Numbered from the stretch's first letter, positions 11,970 to 27,385 are shown. The stretch is 64,000 bases of DNA from Vicugna vicugna (GCA_013265495.1 MU057700.1:589502-653501), one strand, 5' to 3'. Numbers and translations: made by a program. Notes: a model not told the origin generated them from the letters alone.

Positions 11970-13820
11970 CCTGTAATGAATGATTTCTTCCTTTCTCTTG
12001 AAGTGAATGAACAAACTGGAATCTTAAGGACGTTATACCAAGGGTCAGATGTTCCTTCCCAGAAGAGAAATTGTACACATTGTCATGAGGGAGAACAGGA
12101 ACTTGCCAGGAATTATGCTTCTTTGCTACTTGAGGTTCCTCTTAGAAACTCGAGTGCCAGAGCACTTGGCCCACTCAGAGATGGGTGGGTCGGGAGGGGG
12201 TGGCGACTGGGCAGACCCAGAGGAGACTAGAATGCTTGCATCCAATCCCCTGCTACAGCCAAGCTTCTCCTGAGCCCCCCAACCCAGCGACATCCTGGTC
12301 CTCTTCAGGGGAGGGGAGCCAGGCTGAGATCCTGACCACCAAGTAGGGGGCCGCCGACAATGTAGCAGAGAGTGGAACTCTGAGAGACTCAACCAGTGTC
12401 TGCTGGTTGAAAGGAGGGTCAATCACCCATTGGTGTCTGTTTCAGTGAGCTTGAGCTGCTATGACAAGACGCCACAGACCAGGTGATTTAAACAACAAAC
12501 ATTTGCTTCTCAACAGTTGTGGAAGTCTAAGATCAGGATGCCAGCATGGTCGAGTTCTGGTGAGGGTCCTCTTTCTGGTTTACAATCAGTCACTGTCTTA
12601 TTGTATCTCCACATGACAGCCACATGCCCTTCATGCCCTTCTTACAAGGGCGCTGATCCCATCACGAAGGTTCTATACACATGACCTAGTTACCTGCCAA
12701 AGGCTCCATGTCCTAGTACCATCCTACTGGGGTTAGAGTTCTAACAGAGGAATTTGGGGAGGTCACAAACATGCAGTCCATAACAGCAGTGATGTTCCAA
12801 GATGGTAAATCTTCAGGGGAAGACAACTTTGTGAATATGGTTGATGTATTTATAACATGTCATATGATGATGACATTTAAGTGGATGGTTCTGGTAGGAT
12901 CTAAAAGCATGGAAGTGCTGAAAGGTGTTCTGTCGTGGCAGATGAGCCTGTAAACATGACTGGGCAAAGGGCTCACTCTCCAGGAAACACTGATCACTTC
13001 AGAGGGGGCTGCCAAGACCCTGTATTAGCTACTCAGAATCTCCTCTATGGAATGTTTCTGTACCATGGCAAGCCTGCTGGAAAAGCATGAGGTCGAAAGA
13101 AGAGAAAGGAAATATTAATGCTGAATTAACACAACAAAGTAAATAGGCTTGATATGGGTGTTACAGCACAAAATCTGAATGTGCAGAGCCAACTCTTCTG
13201 TCTGTTGTCAGGAATGACAACAGTTGGGACTGCTCAAGATGATGCTGGGACACATAAGACAGGTGGTTATGGTGTTAGAGACCAGCCATTGTGGGTGTCC
13301 AAGGATTGCAGTTTAGAAATGATGGCTGTGGGTCGCACAGACCACTAACACATTTACCAAATATTCCTAGAGTAGGATGTTGAGACTTGGGGTCCAAACA
13401 TGGGATTGGCGTGTAATAGTGGGTTTTTTTCTCCAGATAGACTACAAAAATTACAGGATAATGCGGAAAAGTGCAGACTCCATCTTTAGCACGAGTAGGA
13501 CACAGTAATGATCTATTGACTCACATTTTGTGTAAGGACTATCAAAATAAACTGATATCTGCTTAGAATTCACATGGGAGAAGCTGACCTGGAGAGGAGC
13601 CCTTGTGAGCAGAGGATCTCGGGAGATAATCACAAATACCACCTTTCCTGTAGGTAAGGGGCATACTCCGGAATGGTGGCCCTACATTCATGACTCATCC
13701 CAGTGGCTGTGGATGGAAGAGCATGAAGCAGGAGGCAGTAGACCCAACAAACGAGGAAGTGCTATGAAAACATCTAGTGAATGAGGCTGCAGTTGTCAGA
13801 AATTACCAGTAAAAACATTC
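11970..13820 (-). pseudogene. Putative large decayed Ser/Thr/Pro-rich exon interrupted by an MLT1 LTR
   Basis: Consensus donor CAGG|gtgagt at 11969; stop-interrupted reads such as RTPFSTSMLLDPTRT, INTSTIFTKLSSPEDLPSWNITA, SVRPTAIISKLQS. 5' boundary undefined. Confidence 0.3.
12438..12785 (-). mobile_element. MLT1A-like solo LTR
   Basis: gctgctatgacaagacgccacagacc...aagatcaggatgccagcatggtc...acaaacatgcagtccataaca. Confidence 0.88.
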
Positions 13821-15655
13821 CCTAAGATAACTTCCTGCTGATACTGAAGCAAGGAAAAGCCAACCCATTACACAAAGAGCTAAAAGGCTGTTGGCATGGG
13901 ATCAATACAAAGATAAAATCAGAAGGAAAAAAAAAGTGAGTACGGTCAGCAAAACTTACCAGCCAAAGAATACCCATCTGAAAAATGTTACCATAAAATT
14001 ATTAATAACAACATCTTTCTATAAATCGGAAAAAGAAAACACCTTATAAAGCAACGATATATTTGAAGGAATATCACAAAGCAGAAATACAAGATGGCGA
14101 GCAAATAAAAGAGAGTGTAGACATGAGGAAAACATATTAAGGGGCTGGGAGGATAGAAATGAGACAGGCAAGCAAAATGAAACGTGCAAGAAAGAGCTGA
14201 AAAGAATTTAAGAGAGAGGGAAAAAAAAACAATTTGAGACAGAGATCAGAGTTAATATATCTGGCCTATAAATAATTGTAAATCAGTGCTCCTAATCTGT
14301 TTTTTTAGGAAAGGATTTTCAGATTACATCATGAAGTAAAACCTGACTCTATACCAAATACAAGAGAAGCACCAAAAGATGGACGAATATTCCAGGCAAA
14401 TGTAAACAAATAAAATCACTCACACAGTTCTATTAAGTACATGTTCTTTAAACATGTCTTGCAGGAGCATGAACTACAAGAAACACACACGTCTGAACAC
14501 AGGGCTTCACAAACACAACTATGCTCATCTTCTCATGCAGTGTTTAGATATGTCTAAAACGTCACTCTGTAAAACGCTGTGTTTAGAAGTGTTTGGTTCC
14601 TGGAGTTCATGATGGGACTGCAAAATGGTGCAGCTGCAGAAAACAGTTGATCATTTTCTTAAAAAGTTATAGATACCCTTATTATATGATCCAGTAATCC
14701 TACTCTTGGGAATTTATCATAGAGAAAAGAAGATTTATGTCCCCACAAACACCTGTACACAAATACACCTAGCAGCTCTATTTGTAATTGCTAAAAACAA
14801 CCCAAATGCTCTCCAATGGACAAATGTAGTATCACCACATGATGGAATACTACACAGCAATGAAAAGGAATAAAATACTGATACCCAGAACAATTTGGAT
14901 ACATTTCAAAGGCATTGTGCTTAGTGAACATAGCTGGTCTCAAAAGGATAGACCATATGATTCTACTCCTCAGAAATTTTCTAAAAAACAAAATTGTAGT
15001 GATGGAGCATAGATCATTGGTTTACAGGAGCTAGAAATGGGGGGAGGGTGTGAATAGCATGAGAGGGTTTCTTTTTTTAGGTCATTGAACAGTTCTGCAT
15101 CCTGATTATGGTGTGGTTATGTGAATATATACTTGTTTTATATATCATATATCATATATATATATAATAATTCATTGAACTATACATCAAAAGGATTTTT
15201 AAAAAGTCGATTTTACTATATGATTACTTTTGAAATAAAGGTATTTAGTCATTTAAAGAAAAAATAAACTGAAATAAAACATAAAGAAGTCATTGACAAA
15301 GTTAAATACATAAACTAGTGATTTGGACAAAAAGAAAAATTGCCTAATTGACAAATATATTCAAAACCTTTTTGCAGGAGTGGATGGTGGTGGGGTAGAA
15401 TCTATAAACTCCTAAATAACATGAGGAAAAAGGGTTTTTTTTAAATATCACAAAGAAGAATAAAAAGGGAGAAATAACCAGAAACAGAAAATTAGAAGAA
15501 TTATAAAGATTTACTCAGTCAGTTCTATTCAAATATATTTGAAAACATTTAGGAAATCAATAATTTCCTAGAGAAATATAAACTATCAGAAAGAACTAAC
15601 TCCAAAAGAGTTAGAAAATGCAAATAGAGTCATTTGCGTGAAATGATAAGATTGT

Positions 15656-16082
15656 TGTTATGAGCTGAATCTTGTCACCCAAAGTTTATGTATTGAAGTT
15701 CTAACTCCCAGTACCACAGAATGTGCTTTCATTTGAGGATATGGTCATTGCAGATGTAATTAAGTTGGGATGAGATCGTACTGGGACAGGTTGGGCCCTA
15801 ATGCAATATGACCAGTGTCTACAAAAAGGGGAAATTTGGGCACAGACATGTGCACACGAGGAGAACACCATGTGCAGATTGGAGTTATGCTGCCACAAGC
15901 CAAGGAACTACCAGAAGTTAGGGAGAGGCCTGGAACAGGTCCTACCCCAGAGTCTTCAGAGTAATGTGGCCCTGCCAACACCTTGATTTCAGACTTCTTT
16001 GAACTATGAGAAAATAAATTTCAGTTGTTTAAGCCACACAGTTTGTGGTACTTTGTTATGGCAGCCCCAGCAAACTGATACA
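15656..16082 (+). mobile_element. MLT1B/C-like solo LTR
   Basis: tgttatgagctgaatcttgtcaccc...ttgttatggcagccccagcaaactgataca. Confidence 0.9.
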
Positions 16083-17236
16083 GTTTTTAATGAATTATTC
16101 TCCTGAATAGCCTAAGATAATTTTATAAGGGAGTTTACCTAGCCTTTAATAAATAACAATATTTTCAGTGCTTTTTAACCTGCTACAAAGTGTTGAAAAT
16201 GAAAAAAAACTTCCAGTATTTTCCTATGAGGTAAATATAACATTGAAATCTGAGAAGGAATGTACCCACAAAAAGGAAGAAGATATAGACCAGTCTTAAT
16301 TATTAATTCAAATTTTAAAATCCTAAATAAAATTTAGAAAACAGAATTTAGCAGTGCACTAGAATAAAAATACATTATGACTAAGCATAATTTATTCCAG
16401 AAATGAGAGCATACTGAATATTAGGAAATTAATGTAATTTATGAATTCAACCATAACAATTTTTATATCTAATCTTAGTTTAACTATTTTAAATAAAATA
16501 ATAGATTATTACTTCACAACATGGTGAATATACATCTATCTCACCTCCAAAATTCATATCAATAAAATAATTCCTATTAGTGTCAGAAACAAAACAAGGA
16601 TGCCCTCTATTACCATTATGATCTAATATTGCATTGGAGGAACTAGCCAACACAATTAGACAAGAGAAATAAATTAGCAGAAAAATTGGAAAGAGAAACT
16701 ATCTTTTTGTAGATGATACCATAATGTACACTGGAAAAATCCAAGATAATCAATGAAAAAGTACAGTAAGCAATAAGAAAATTTACTAAATTAGCCAAGA
16801 ACAAAATTAATACACTAAAATCCATAGCTTTTCACACATAGAAGCAACTATCAAGTAGAAAATGTGAATTATCAACCCAATAAAAAAGACAAATAGCCTA
16901 ATTTTTCAATTGGGCAAAGGACTTGAGTACACACTTTTAAAGAAGATACAAAAATAGTCAAAAAACATATGAAAAGATGTTCAACATAATTAGTCAGTAG
17001 GGGAACATAAATCAAAACCTTAGTGAGATAGCACTTCATATTCTTTAAAATGTTTTTAATAAAAAAGACAGACAATAACAAGTGCTGATGAGGTTGTATA
17101 GAAATTGAAATCCTCATAAACTATTGATGGGAATGTAAAGTGGTGCAGCCACTTTAGAAAACAATTTGGCAGTTCCTTAAAATGCTAAAAATAGAGTTTC
17201 CATATAACCCCGTAATTCCATTGCTAGGTATATGCC

Positions 17237-18191
17237 TGCAATATTGTTATTTATAAGAAATATATATTTGGCCATTCAGATGACCAAAATATTTTTCTCA
17301 TATATAGTTAGTCTGTTTATAGTTCCTGGCTCACAGCTCCCAAACCCCTTGTCATCTCCTGAGTGATAAAAGCAATGGGAACATCTTCTGTTACAATGTT
17401 TGGTGTCTTGCTCTCAGTTCCTGAAATGACTTCAGAGCCATAATGGTGAAATAAGTGTCTTGTTATTCACAACAAGCCCCTTTCCACCACTACTGGGTTT
17501 ATTTTAATAAGGTGACTTTTGGAAAGCACCTAAAGATGGGGGCTGGTTGCCAGAGAACCAACCATAAATGGAAGGTTGGGACTTTCAATTCCGCTCCTTG
17601 ATTTCCAGGCAGTGGGAGGAAGGGCTAGAAGTTGAATCAATTGCCAATGACCAATGATTTAATCAATTGTGATTATGTATGGAATAAAAACCCCAAAGGA
17701 CTGGGTTCAGAGAGCTTCCAGGCTGGTCAATACATGGAGATTTGGAGAGAGTACCCTCAGGGAGAGAGAGCGTGGATGTTCCTCACCCCTTTCATGTGCC
17801 GTGTCTTATGCCTTTCATCTGGCTCTTCCTGAATTATATCTTTATAATTAAATTGATGATGTAGTAAGTAAAATGTTTCTGTGACTTCTGTAAGTCACTT
17901 TAGTAAATTAATTGAACCCAAGGAGGAGGTTATTGGAACTTCCAATTTATAGCCAGTTTGTCAGAAGCCTGGGTGATAACCTGGACTTTTGATTGACATC
18001 TGAGGTAGCAGAAGTGAAGAGGGCAGTCTTTTAGGGCTGAGCCCTTAACCTGTGGAATCTAATGCTATCTCCAGGTAAACACTGTCAGAACTGAGTTGAG
18101 TTGTAGGACACTTAGCTGATGTCCAAGAATTGCTTGGTGGTATGGGAAACCACCCCCCACACATATTGAAATTAATTCCAGAACCTCTTAA
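17237..18191. mobile_element. MER21-like LTR inserted into an L1 3' end
   Basis: Host L1 reads ctaggtatatgcc | tacccaagagaatttaaaacatgtccacac across it; imperfect 4-bp TSD tgcc/tacc. Confidence 0.8.
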
Positions 18192-20402
18192 TACCCAAGA
18201 GAATTTAAAACATGTCCACACAAAAACTTGTATATGAATGTTTATTATAGCGTAATTCATAGCAGTCAAAAAGTGGAAATGACCTAAATATCTAACACTT
18301 AATGAATGGATAAACAAAATGTGGTATATCCACACAATGGAATACTATTTTGCAATTTAAGAATGAAGTACTGATACATTGTACAACATGAATGAACCTT
18401 GAAAACGTTATGCTATACAAGAGACCACATATTATATAATTCCATTTATGTAAAATGTCAAGAATAGACAAATCTATAGTGGTAGAAAGTAAATTAGTGG
18501 TTGCTTGCGGTTGGAGCAGGTTGGGGCAGAGGGAGGAGGGGGAATTAGAATGACTGTTAATGTGTACCTGGTTTCTTTTTGTAGTGTCAAAGATGTTCTA
18601 AAATTAGTTTGTAGTGATGTTGCCCAACTTTGTGAATATATTAAAAATCACTTTAAATGAGAGAATGTTATGGCATGTGAAATATATTTCAATAAATCTC
18701 TAAAAAAGAAAAAAATATTAAGAGACTTCAATTTCAACATAGTTTTATTAAGTCAAAACATCTAGGAATAAACTCAATAAATATGTAAGACCTATATGTT
18801 AACTTTAAAGTGAAGAAAACCTTGAAATATTTTTTAAAAATACCATAAGAGAAACAAAAAAGAATTCTTGAACAAATGGAAGGGCATACCATAATATTGG
18901 ATATGAAGAACTGATAACATAAAAAGAAAAACTCTCCCTAACTTACTTATAAACTTAATGTGAATTCAATGAAAATATCAATAGACATTTCTTAACTAGA
19001 CAAAGTGGTCCTTAAGCATACACTGGAAAGTAAAAAAAAAAAGCAAAGAATGTCCAGTAAAACTCTGAGGGAGAAAAGTAATGACAGGATAACAGTACCC
19101 TAGTTATTAAAAATTTTACAAAGCCTCAATGACTAAAATAGTATGATATTGATTTCATGGCTAATCAGAAGGACCAATAGAATATATTTTAAATCTAGTA
19201 ATGGATTCAGATATATACAGCAAATTAGTATACATTATAGGTGGAATCTCAAACAATGGAGGAAGATGGATTTCTCATTAAGTAATTTGGTGACAACTTG
19301 GTAAGCATCCTGAAGTAAAATTAGTATATTTGTACTTGACCCATCAAACCAGGATATATTCCAAATAGATCAAAGATCACAATATTAAAAACTGAACAAA
19401 AAGTTCTAGAAGAAAACATTTTTGGAAGATTCTTTTTAAAACTTTGAACTAGGGAAATTCTTTTTTTTTTTTACTATAACTCGAAATTTAAAGTCCATGA
19501 AAGAAAATATTGATAAATGTGCCTATAAGAGAATTTTTAAAAATTTGAATTATAAAAAAATCCCACAAATGCTATAAGCAATTTCAAAAGGCAAATGATA
19601 ATCTAGGAGAAACACTGCATCTCATATCAGACTGAGAGATCATATCCCTAGTATACAAAGAGCTCCTAAGATTTATCATGAATAAGACCAATAATTCAAT
19701 TTTTAAATGTATAAAGGCCCTGAATAGGAAGTCTATTAAAAATACAAAGAGCTCTGGAAAGATGTTTAACCTGAGTAAAAGCAAATTAAAACTACACTAA
19801 AAATTATTTTTCACCTATCAGATTGGCAAAATCATTTAAAAATCTGAGATATTTTGTCTGAGGCTGGGGTGTGGACAGTAACAGGAATATGTTGTTGGTT
19901 ATAGTATAAATTGTCCCATAAATTGCTATGAAAATCAATTTAAATGTCAGAAATCACAGAATCAGGTGCCCCTTGAGTCAGCAATTCCAGTTTAGGGAGA
20001 GTTATCCTATTGACATTCTTTCAATGTGAGGTAGTATAGGCTATTCACTGCAGGAATATTTATAATGGTAAACATTGTTTGGAAACTACCTAAATGTCTA
20101 GTTGAGAACATTCATAAGGCAGAAAAGAAGAAAGTGCTTTAAACTATAAAAGCAAGCTAAAAGATATGGAAGATAGATGTGTAAGTATCAACATCCAGAT
20201 GAGGAGGAGCAAGGAGGAAGTAATGGAATCCTAGAAGAAGGAGGAGGAGGAGGAGGAGATATTGACTGATTTGAATAAAGGTAAAGATAAATTTCCCAGA
20301 AATAAAGAATTCAGATTGGAGAGATTCATAAAGTGCCAAACAGAAAAGATAAAGACACACCCAGTCTCATCACAGGGAAATTTAAGAAAACAAGAGACAA
20401 AG

Positions 20403-23400
20403 AGGGTATTGCCAAGATGGCAGAGTAGCAGGATGCATATAGCTCATCCTCTCCCACAAATACACCAAAAATTACACCTACAGATGAAACAATTCACACA
20501 GAATATCTACTGAACTTTGGCATAATATCCCTTACTTCAGAAATGCTAGAAAACCACAATGGATAGGAGAAAAAGAAAAAGGGAAAGGAAATCAGTGCAA
20601 GACCTGTCCTGTGTGGAAGGAGTGGTAAAGGAGGAAAAGCACCCTCACTCTGGGATGTTCCCTCTCCAGTGGGGAGGTTAGTGGGAACAGAAAGGGAGCA
20701 TCTGAGGCTTTGAGGAGAAAACAGCAGCTCCTTGGCAGACAGAACTGACAGAAACCAATGCAGAGGGTCCTTGGGATCCCTAGCCCAAAATGTAAGCAGG
20801 CAGGGGTGGGCCAGAACTGGCTGCTGGATCTCAGGCTTCTGTGGATGAGCCCTGGGAAAGGAGTGGAGCTGACTGCAAAGAGGCAACCTCAGGGGGCTGG
20901 GGTGTGGTGGCTGGGAGTGTGTGCAGAATAGAACAGCCTAGGACCCCAATAAAAATCACCACTACTGGTATGTGGAGGGAGGGGTGCAATGCAGACAAGC
21001 CATAGTGCCTATCTAGGCTAGCCCAGAGGGCATTTCTTGGCACCATTGTTGGTGCATGTTCTCCTGAGAAGAGAGGTAAGATTCAGACACACCCATCTTC
21101 TTGGCTTGCTCCAGAGGAACACAATCCCTGGTGTGCCAAAACCAGGCAGAGGCAGGGCTGACATCTGAATCCATGCGCAGTGTCCCACAACTTAACAGGT
21201 GGGACAGAGATTTGATTCTAACCCCAGTCAGCAATGGTGTTTTTACTCTGGTGGTGACATTGTGGACCCTTGCCTCCAAGATGAACCAGTGGAGTTCTGG
21301 CCCATGTCAGGGACAGGTTTGGCATTAACAGCAGGCATGCATACCATAAGCAGATGTGGGGCTGGGGTCAGCACTGACCCTGTGGTGCACCTTGGATCCA
21401 AGTGTGTGACTGTGTGTTCACTGACATGTCCTAGTACCTGACATCAGCAGATCTGGACTGGTGGCTCTGTGGGTGCAGAACCTGGGGGACACCAGAGCAG
21501 GTTGACAACATTACTGCAGCTAAGGTGAAGACAAGGGTAGCATCAACAAAGTGTACTTTGTATGCCCACATAACAAGTGACAAACAACATTACAGAAGGA
21601 ACTTCCCAGTGGACATCTCCTGTGGAGGAATACTCAGTGGCTCCTCTTCCAATAGAAGCACTCCAAACCCATGTACCATGCACCACAACTCAGAAATGGG
21701 TCTAGAAGCCTATATTCTGACAATAGGGGAGCAGACTCAGTCCCTGTCAAGGCTGTGACAACCACAAAACAAAAAGGAGGCCCAGCTCAGCAACTAGGGC
21801 AGGCTCTGATCACAACACCAACCACACCCACAATCAAAGGGATAACAGCCAACACACATAGGAGAAAGATGTGGCAATCACCCATACTAAAAACAGCCTT
21901 TGTGACAAAATTATTAGTCTATACAGGAATGCTCCCACTTTAAAAAAAATAGAAAAAAAAGAAACCCAGCCCTTCAAGACAGTAGATAACTGATACTTAT
22001 AAATCCAGAATCAGAGAAATATAAGTAAAATGAAGAAGCAGTGGAACCACTCTCAATTAAAAGAACAAGAGAAGTCCCCTTAAAGAATGAACAATGAGCT
22101 AGATCTCAACAGTCTATTAGCTCATGACTTCAAAAAGGGGGTGATAAAATCACTGAAGGAAATAAGAGAGACTATGAATAGAAATGCAGAGTACTATAAG
22201 AAGGAAAAAGAAATGACAGAGAGGAGCCAATTAAAATCAGAAAGCTCAATTACTGAGATAAAAGCCAAGCTAAAGGCAGTCAAAAGCAGACTAGATAATG
22301 CAGAAGAATGAACAAGTAATTTAGAAGACAAGATAACAGAAGTTACCCAATCAGAACAGCAGACAGAAAAGCAAATGAAAACCAGTGAGAGCAATTTAAG
22401 AAACATATGGGATAATATAAAGCACGCCAATCTATATATAATAAGGGTCTCAGAAGGAGAAGAAAGAGAGAAGGGGATTGAAAAGGTATTGGAAGAAATC
22501 ATGACTGAAAACTTCCCAAACATATAGACGAAAACAGATACCCAATTACCAGGAGCATAATGTTCCCAAGCAAGAAGAACCCAGACAGACCTACATCAAG
22601 ACATATTATAATTAAGCCGGCCAAAGTTTTAAGATAAAGAAAAGATTCTAAAGGCAGCAAGAGAAAAGCAAAGAGATAGTTACAAGGGAAACCCCATAAG
22701 GCTTTCAGCTGATTTCTCTACACAAACACTGCTTGCCAGAAGGGAGTGGCAAGATATATTCAAAGTCCTGAATGAGAAAAAGCTGCAACCAAGGATACTC
22801 TATCCAGCAAGACTACCCTTTAGAATAGGAGAGATAAAGAACTTCACAGACAAACAAAAACTAAAAGAATTCAGCAATACTAAACCTACCCTAAAAGAAA
22901 TATTGAAAACCTACTGTAAATAGAAAAGCTATGGAAAAGAGAAAACCATAATTGGAAATGTGATAACTACAATGAATTGCAAGAGAATAAAAATGAAGAT
23001 GTAAAAAAGGACATCAAAATCATTAAAGGTGGGAGAAGGGAGCAAGAAAATACAGAATTTTTTTCTTTGGTTCTTTTTAGGATGTCTTTGAGCTTATATA
23101 AATACCAGTTTAAAGCAAATAGATATAGTGGTGGGTCAATATACTTAAAAAACAGGATAACCACAAATCAAAAGCATACAATAGAGTCACAAAAAGAAAT
23201 CAAACTAATACAAAAGAAAATTATCAAATCACAAAAGAAAAAAAAAGAAAAGAAAGGAGCAAAGAAGAAATATCAAATCAACTGGAAAATTAAGTTCAAA
23301 ATGACAATAAACACGTATCTGTTGACAATTACTATAAATGTCAATGGACTAAATGCTCCAATCAAAAGACATAAAATGGCAGATTGGATAATAAGACAAA

Positions 23401-26400
23401 AACCTACAATATGCTGCCTACAAGAGATCTAGCTTAGGGTGAAGGACACAAACAAATTGAAAGTGAGAGGATGGAAAAATTTATTTCATGCAAATGAAAA
23501 TGGCAGGAAAGTGGGAGTATTAATATTCATATCAGACAAAACAGACTTTAAAACAAAGGCCATAAAGAAGGAAAGAATACTATATAATGATCAAAGGAGC
23601 AATACAAGAAGAGAATATTACAATGGTTAACATATATGCACTTGATATAGGAGCATCTAAATATAAAAAACATATTAACAAACATAAAGGGAGAAATTGA
23701 TGGGGACAAATAATTGTAGGAGACTTTAACAGCCACTAACATCATTGGACAGATCTTCTGGAGAGAAAATCATTAAGGCAACAGAGATACTAAATAGCAC
23801 AACAGAATAGTAGGACTTGGTTGATATTTTTAGGACATTACATCAACAAAAAACAGAATATCCATTCTTTTCAAGAGAACATGGAATGTTCTCTAGGAGA
23901 GACATCTTCCTCAGACACAAAAGAAGCCTCAACAAATTTAAGAGGATAGGAATTATTTCAAGTCTATTTTCTGGCCACAGTGGCATGAAACTAGAAATCA
24001 ACCACAGAAAAACAAATGAGAGAAAAAGACTACATGGAGATTAAACAACATGGTGCTAAAAAACCAATGGGTCAACTATGAAATCAAGGAAGAAATTTAA
24101 AAATACATTCAGACAAATGACAATGGAAACACAATGACACAAAATCTATATGGTAGAACAAAAGCAGTCCTAAGAGGGAAGTTCATAGTGATGCAGACCT
24201 TCCTCAAACAACAAGAACAATCTCAAGTAAACAACTTAACCTACCACTAAAAGAATTAGGAAAGAAGAGCAACAAAACCTAAAGTCAGTAGAAGGAAAGA
24301 AATAACTAAGATCTGAGAAGAAATAAATGAAATAGAGGTTAAAACCATAGAAAAAATCAATTAAACCAAGAGCTGGTTTTTTGAAAGTGTAAGCAAAATT
24401 GACAAACCTCTGGCCAGGCTCACCAAGAAGAAAAGAGTGGACACAAATAAACAAAATAAGAAAGAAAAATGGCTAAATTACAACTAACACCTAGGAATAC
24501 AAAAACCATAATAGAATAGTATGAAAAGCTATATGGAAACAAATTGGACAACCTAGAAGAAATGGAAAAGTTTCTAGAAATGTACAGTCCACCAAAACTG
24601 AATCAAGAAGAAATATATGATTTGAACAGACCAATCAAGAGAAGTGAAATAGAATCAGCAATATAAATCTTCCCTGCAAACAGAAGTCTAAGACCAGGTG
24701 CCTTCACTGGGGAATTCTACCAAACATACAAAGAACTCATACCAATAATTCTCAAATTCTTCCAAAAGATTGAAGAGGAGGGAATATTCCCAAACTCATT
24801 CTATGAAGCCACCATCACCCTGACACCAAAACCAGGCAAAGATACTACCAAAAAAGAAAACTATAGGCCAAATTGTTATGAACATAGATGCAAAAATCCT
24901 CAACAAAATATTAGCAAACAGAATCCAACAACACACAAAAATGATCATACACTATGATCAAGTTGCATTCATCCCAGGGACACACAGATGGTTCAACATA
25001 TGCAAATCAATCAGTGTGATACACCACATCCACAAAAGAAAGGACAAAAACTGCATGATTAACTCGATGCAGACAAAGTATTTGATAAAATTCAACACCA
25101 GTTTATGATAAAAACTCTTACCAAAGTGGTAATAAAGGTAACATATCTCAACATAATAAAAGTTATTTATGACAAAAACCACAGCCAACATAATACTCAA
25201 TGGTGAAAAGTTGAAAGTCTTCCCACTAAAATCTGGTACAAGACAAGGATATCCATTCTCACCAATTTTACTCATAGTATTGGAAGTCATAGCCATAGCA
25301 ATCAGAAAAGAAAAAGAAATAAAAGAATCCATATTGGAAAAGAAGAAGTAAAAGTGTCACTATATGAGGATGATGCAATACTATATACAGAAAATGCTGA
25401 AGACTTATACAAAAACTCCTAGAACTTATACAAAAAGTTTGGCAAGGTAGAAGGATACAAGTTTAACATACAGAAATCAGATCCATTTCTTTATACTAAC
25501 AATGAAATATCAGAAAAAGTAAAGAAACAATCCCTTTTAAAATCACATCCAAAACAATAAAATACTTAGGAATAAATCTGATCAAGAAGGTGAAAAATTT
25601 ATATATGGAGAAATATAAAACATTGATTAAGGAAACTAAAGTTGACTTAAAGAAGTGGAAAGATATCCCATGCTTTTGGATTGGAAGAATTAATATTGTT
25701 AAAATGGCCATACCACTTGAAGCAATCTAGATTTAATGTGATTCCTATCAAATTGCCCAGGACATTTGTTCACAGAACTAGAAGAAATAATCCTAAAATT
25801 TCTATGGAATCACAAAAGACCTAGAACTACCAAAGCATTACTGAAGAAAAAGAATGAAGATGGAGGAATAACCCTCCCAGACTTCAGACAACACTGCAGA
25901 GCTACAGTAATCAAAACAGTATGGTGTTGGCACAAAAACAGACATATAGATCCATGAAACAGAATAGAGAGCCCAGAAATAAACACACAGACCTATGGTC
26001 AATTAACCTTTGACAAAGGAGGCAAGAATACACAATAGAGAAAAGACACTGTCTTCAGCAAGTGGTGCTGGAAAAACTGGACAAATACATATAAATAAAT
26101 GAAGTTAGGACACTCCTTCATACCATACACAAAATAAACTTAAAATGGTGTAAAGACTTAAACATAAGACAAGACAACTATAAACGTACTAGAAGAAAAC
26201 ATTGGCAAACATTTTAGCAATTTAGAAACCTTAGCAATGTTCTTATGGGGCAATCTAACCAGGCAATAGAAATAAAAGCAAAAATAAACAAATGGGACCT
26301 AATTAAACTTAGAAGCTTTTGCACAGCAAAAGAAATCATAAGTAAAACAAAAAGACAACCTATGGAATGGGAGGAAATGTTTGTGAATGGGCAACTGACA

Positions 26401-27385
26401 AAAGCTTAATTTCCAGAATACATAAATGACTCATGCAGCTTATAATAATAAAAAAATCCCAAAATGGTCAGAAGACCTAAATAAGCAATTCTCCAGTGAA
26501 GACACACAAATGGCCAATAAGCATGTGAAAAAATGTTCAATATCACTAATTATCAGAGAAATGTAAATCAAAAATATAATGAGGTATCACCATACACCAG
26601 TTAGAATGGCCATCATTCAAAAGTTCACAAAGACATTCTGGAGAGGGTGTGGAGAAAAGAGAACTCTCCTACACTGTTGGTGGGAATGTAGTTTGGTGAA
26701 GCCATTATGGAAAACAGTATGGAGATTAAAAAAAAAACTTAAAAATCTACTTATGATAAGATACAGCAATACCAATTCTGGGCATATATCCAGAGGGAAC
26801 CTTAATTCAAAAAGATACATACACCCCAGTGTTCATAGCAGCACCATTACAATAGCCAAGACATGGAAACAACCTAAATGTCCAACAACAGATGACTGGA
26901 AAAGAAGCTGTGGTATATTTATACAGTGGAATACTATAAAGGAATAAAGCCATTTGCAGCAGCATAGATGGACCTGGAGATCATCATTCTAAGTGACGTA
27001 AGCCAGAAAGAGAAAGAAAAATACCATACGATATCACTCATGTTTGGAATCTAAGAAAAGAAAAAAGAAGACAATAATGAACTTATGTACAAAACAGAAA
27101 CAGACTCACAGACATACTAAACAAACTTATAGTTGCCAGGGGAAAGCAGGTAGGAGGGGATAAATTGGGAGCTTGAGATTTGCAAATGTTAACTACTATA
27201 TGTAAAATAGATAAACAACTAGTTTCTTCTGTATATCACAGAGAACTATATTCCATATCTTGTGGTAACCTACAATGAAAAAGCACATGAAAATGAATAT
27301 ATGTATTATATACATGATGGAAACTGCTGTGCACCAGAAATTGACATGCTGTAAACTAAGTATCATTCTATTAAAATTAAAAAGA
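20403..27385 (+). mobile_element. Full-length, inactivated LINE-1 (about 7 kb)
   Basis: 5'UTR from ccaagatggcagag; ORF1 about 22030-22920; ORF2 from ATG 23301 (ITINVNGLNAPIKRH endonuclease; [21 protein letters not shown]) to about 27050; 3'UTR and A-rich tail; many stops/frameshifts, RT motif reads YEDD. Confidence 0.97.

Larger units (their letters stand above)
13900..20400 (+). mobile_element. Mosaic of old L1M (MB/MC/ME-type) fragments
   Basis: Degenerate ORF1/ORF2/3'UTR pieces, e.g. 14600-15240 3' end, 16200-16850 RT region, 16870-18710 3' end split by an LTR, 18750-20100 ORF2. Confidence 0.8.

Noticed and set aside
20403..27385. Active LINE-1
   Set aside because: Both ORFs carry many stops and frameshifts, RT motif is altered, no clean TSD.
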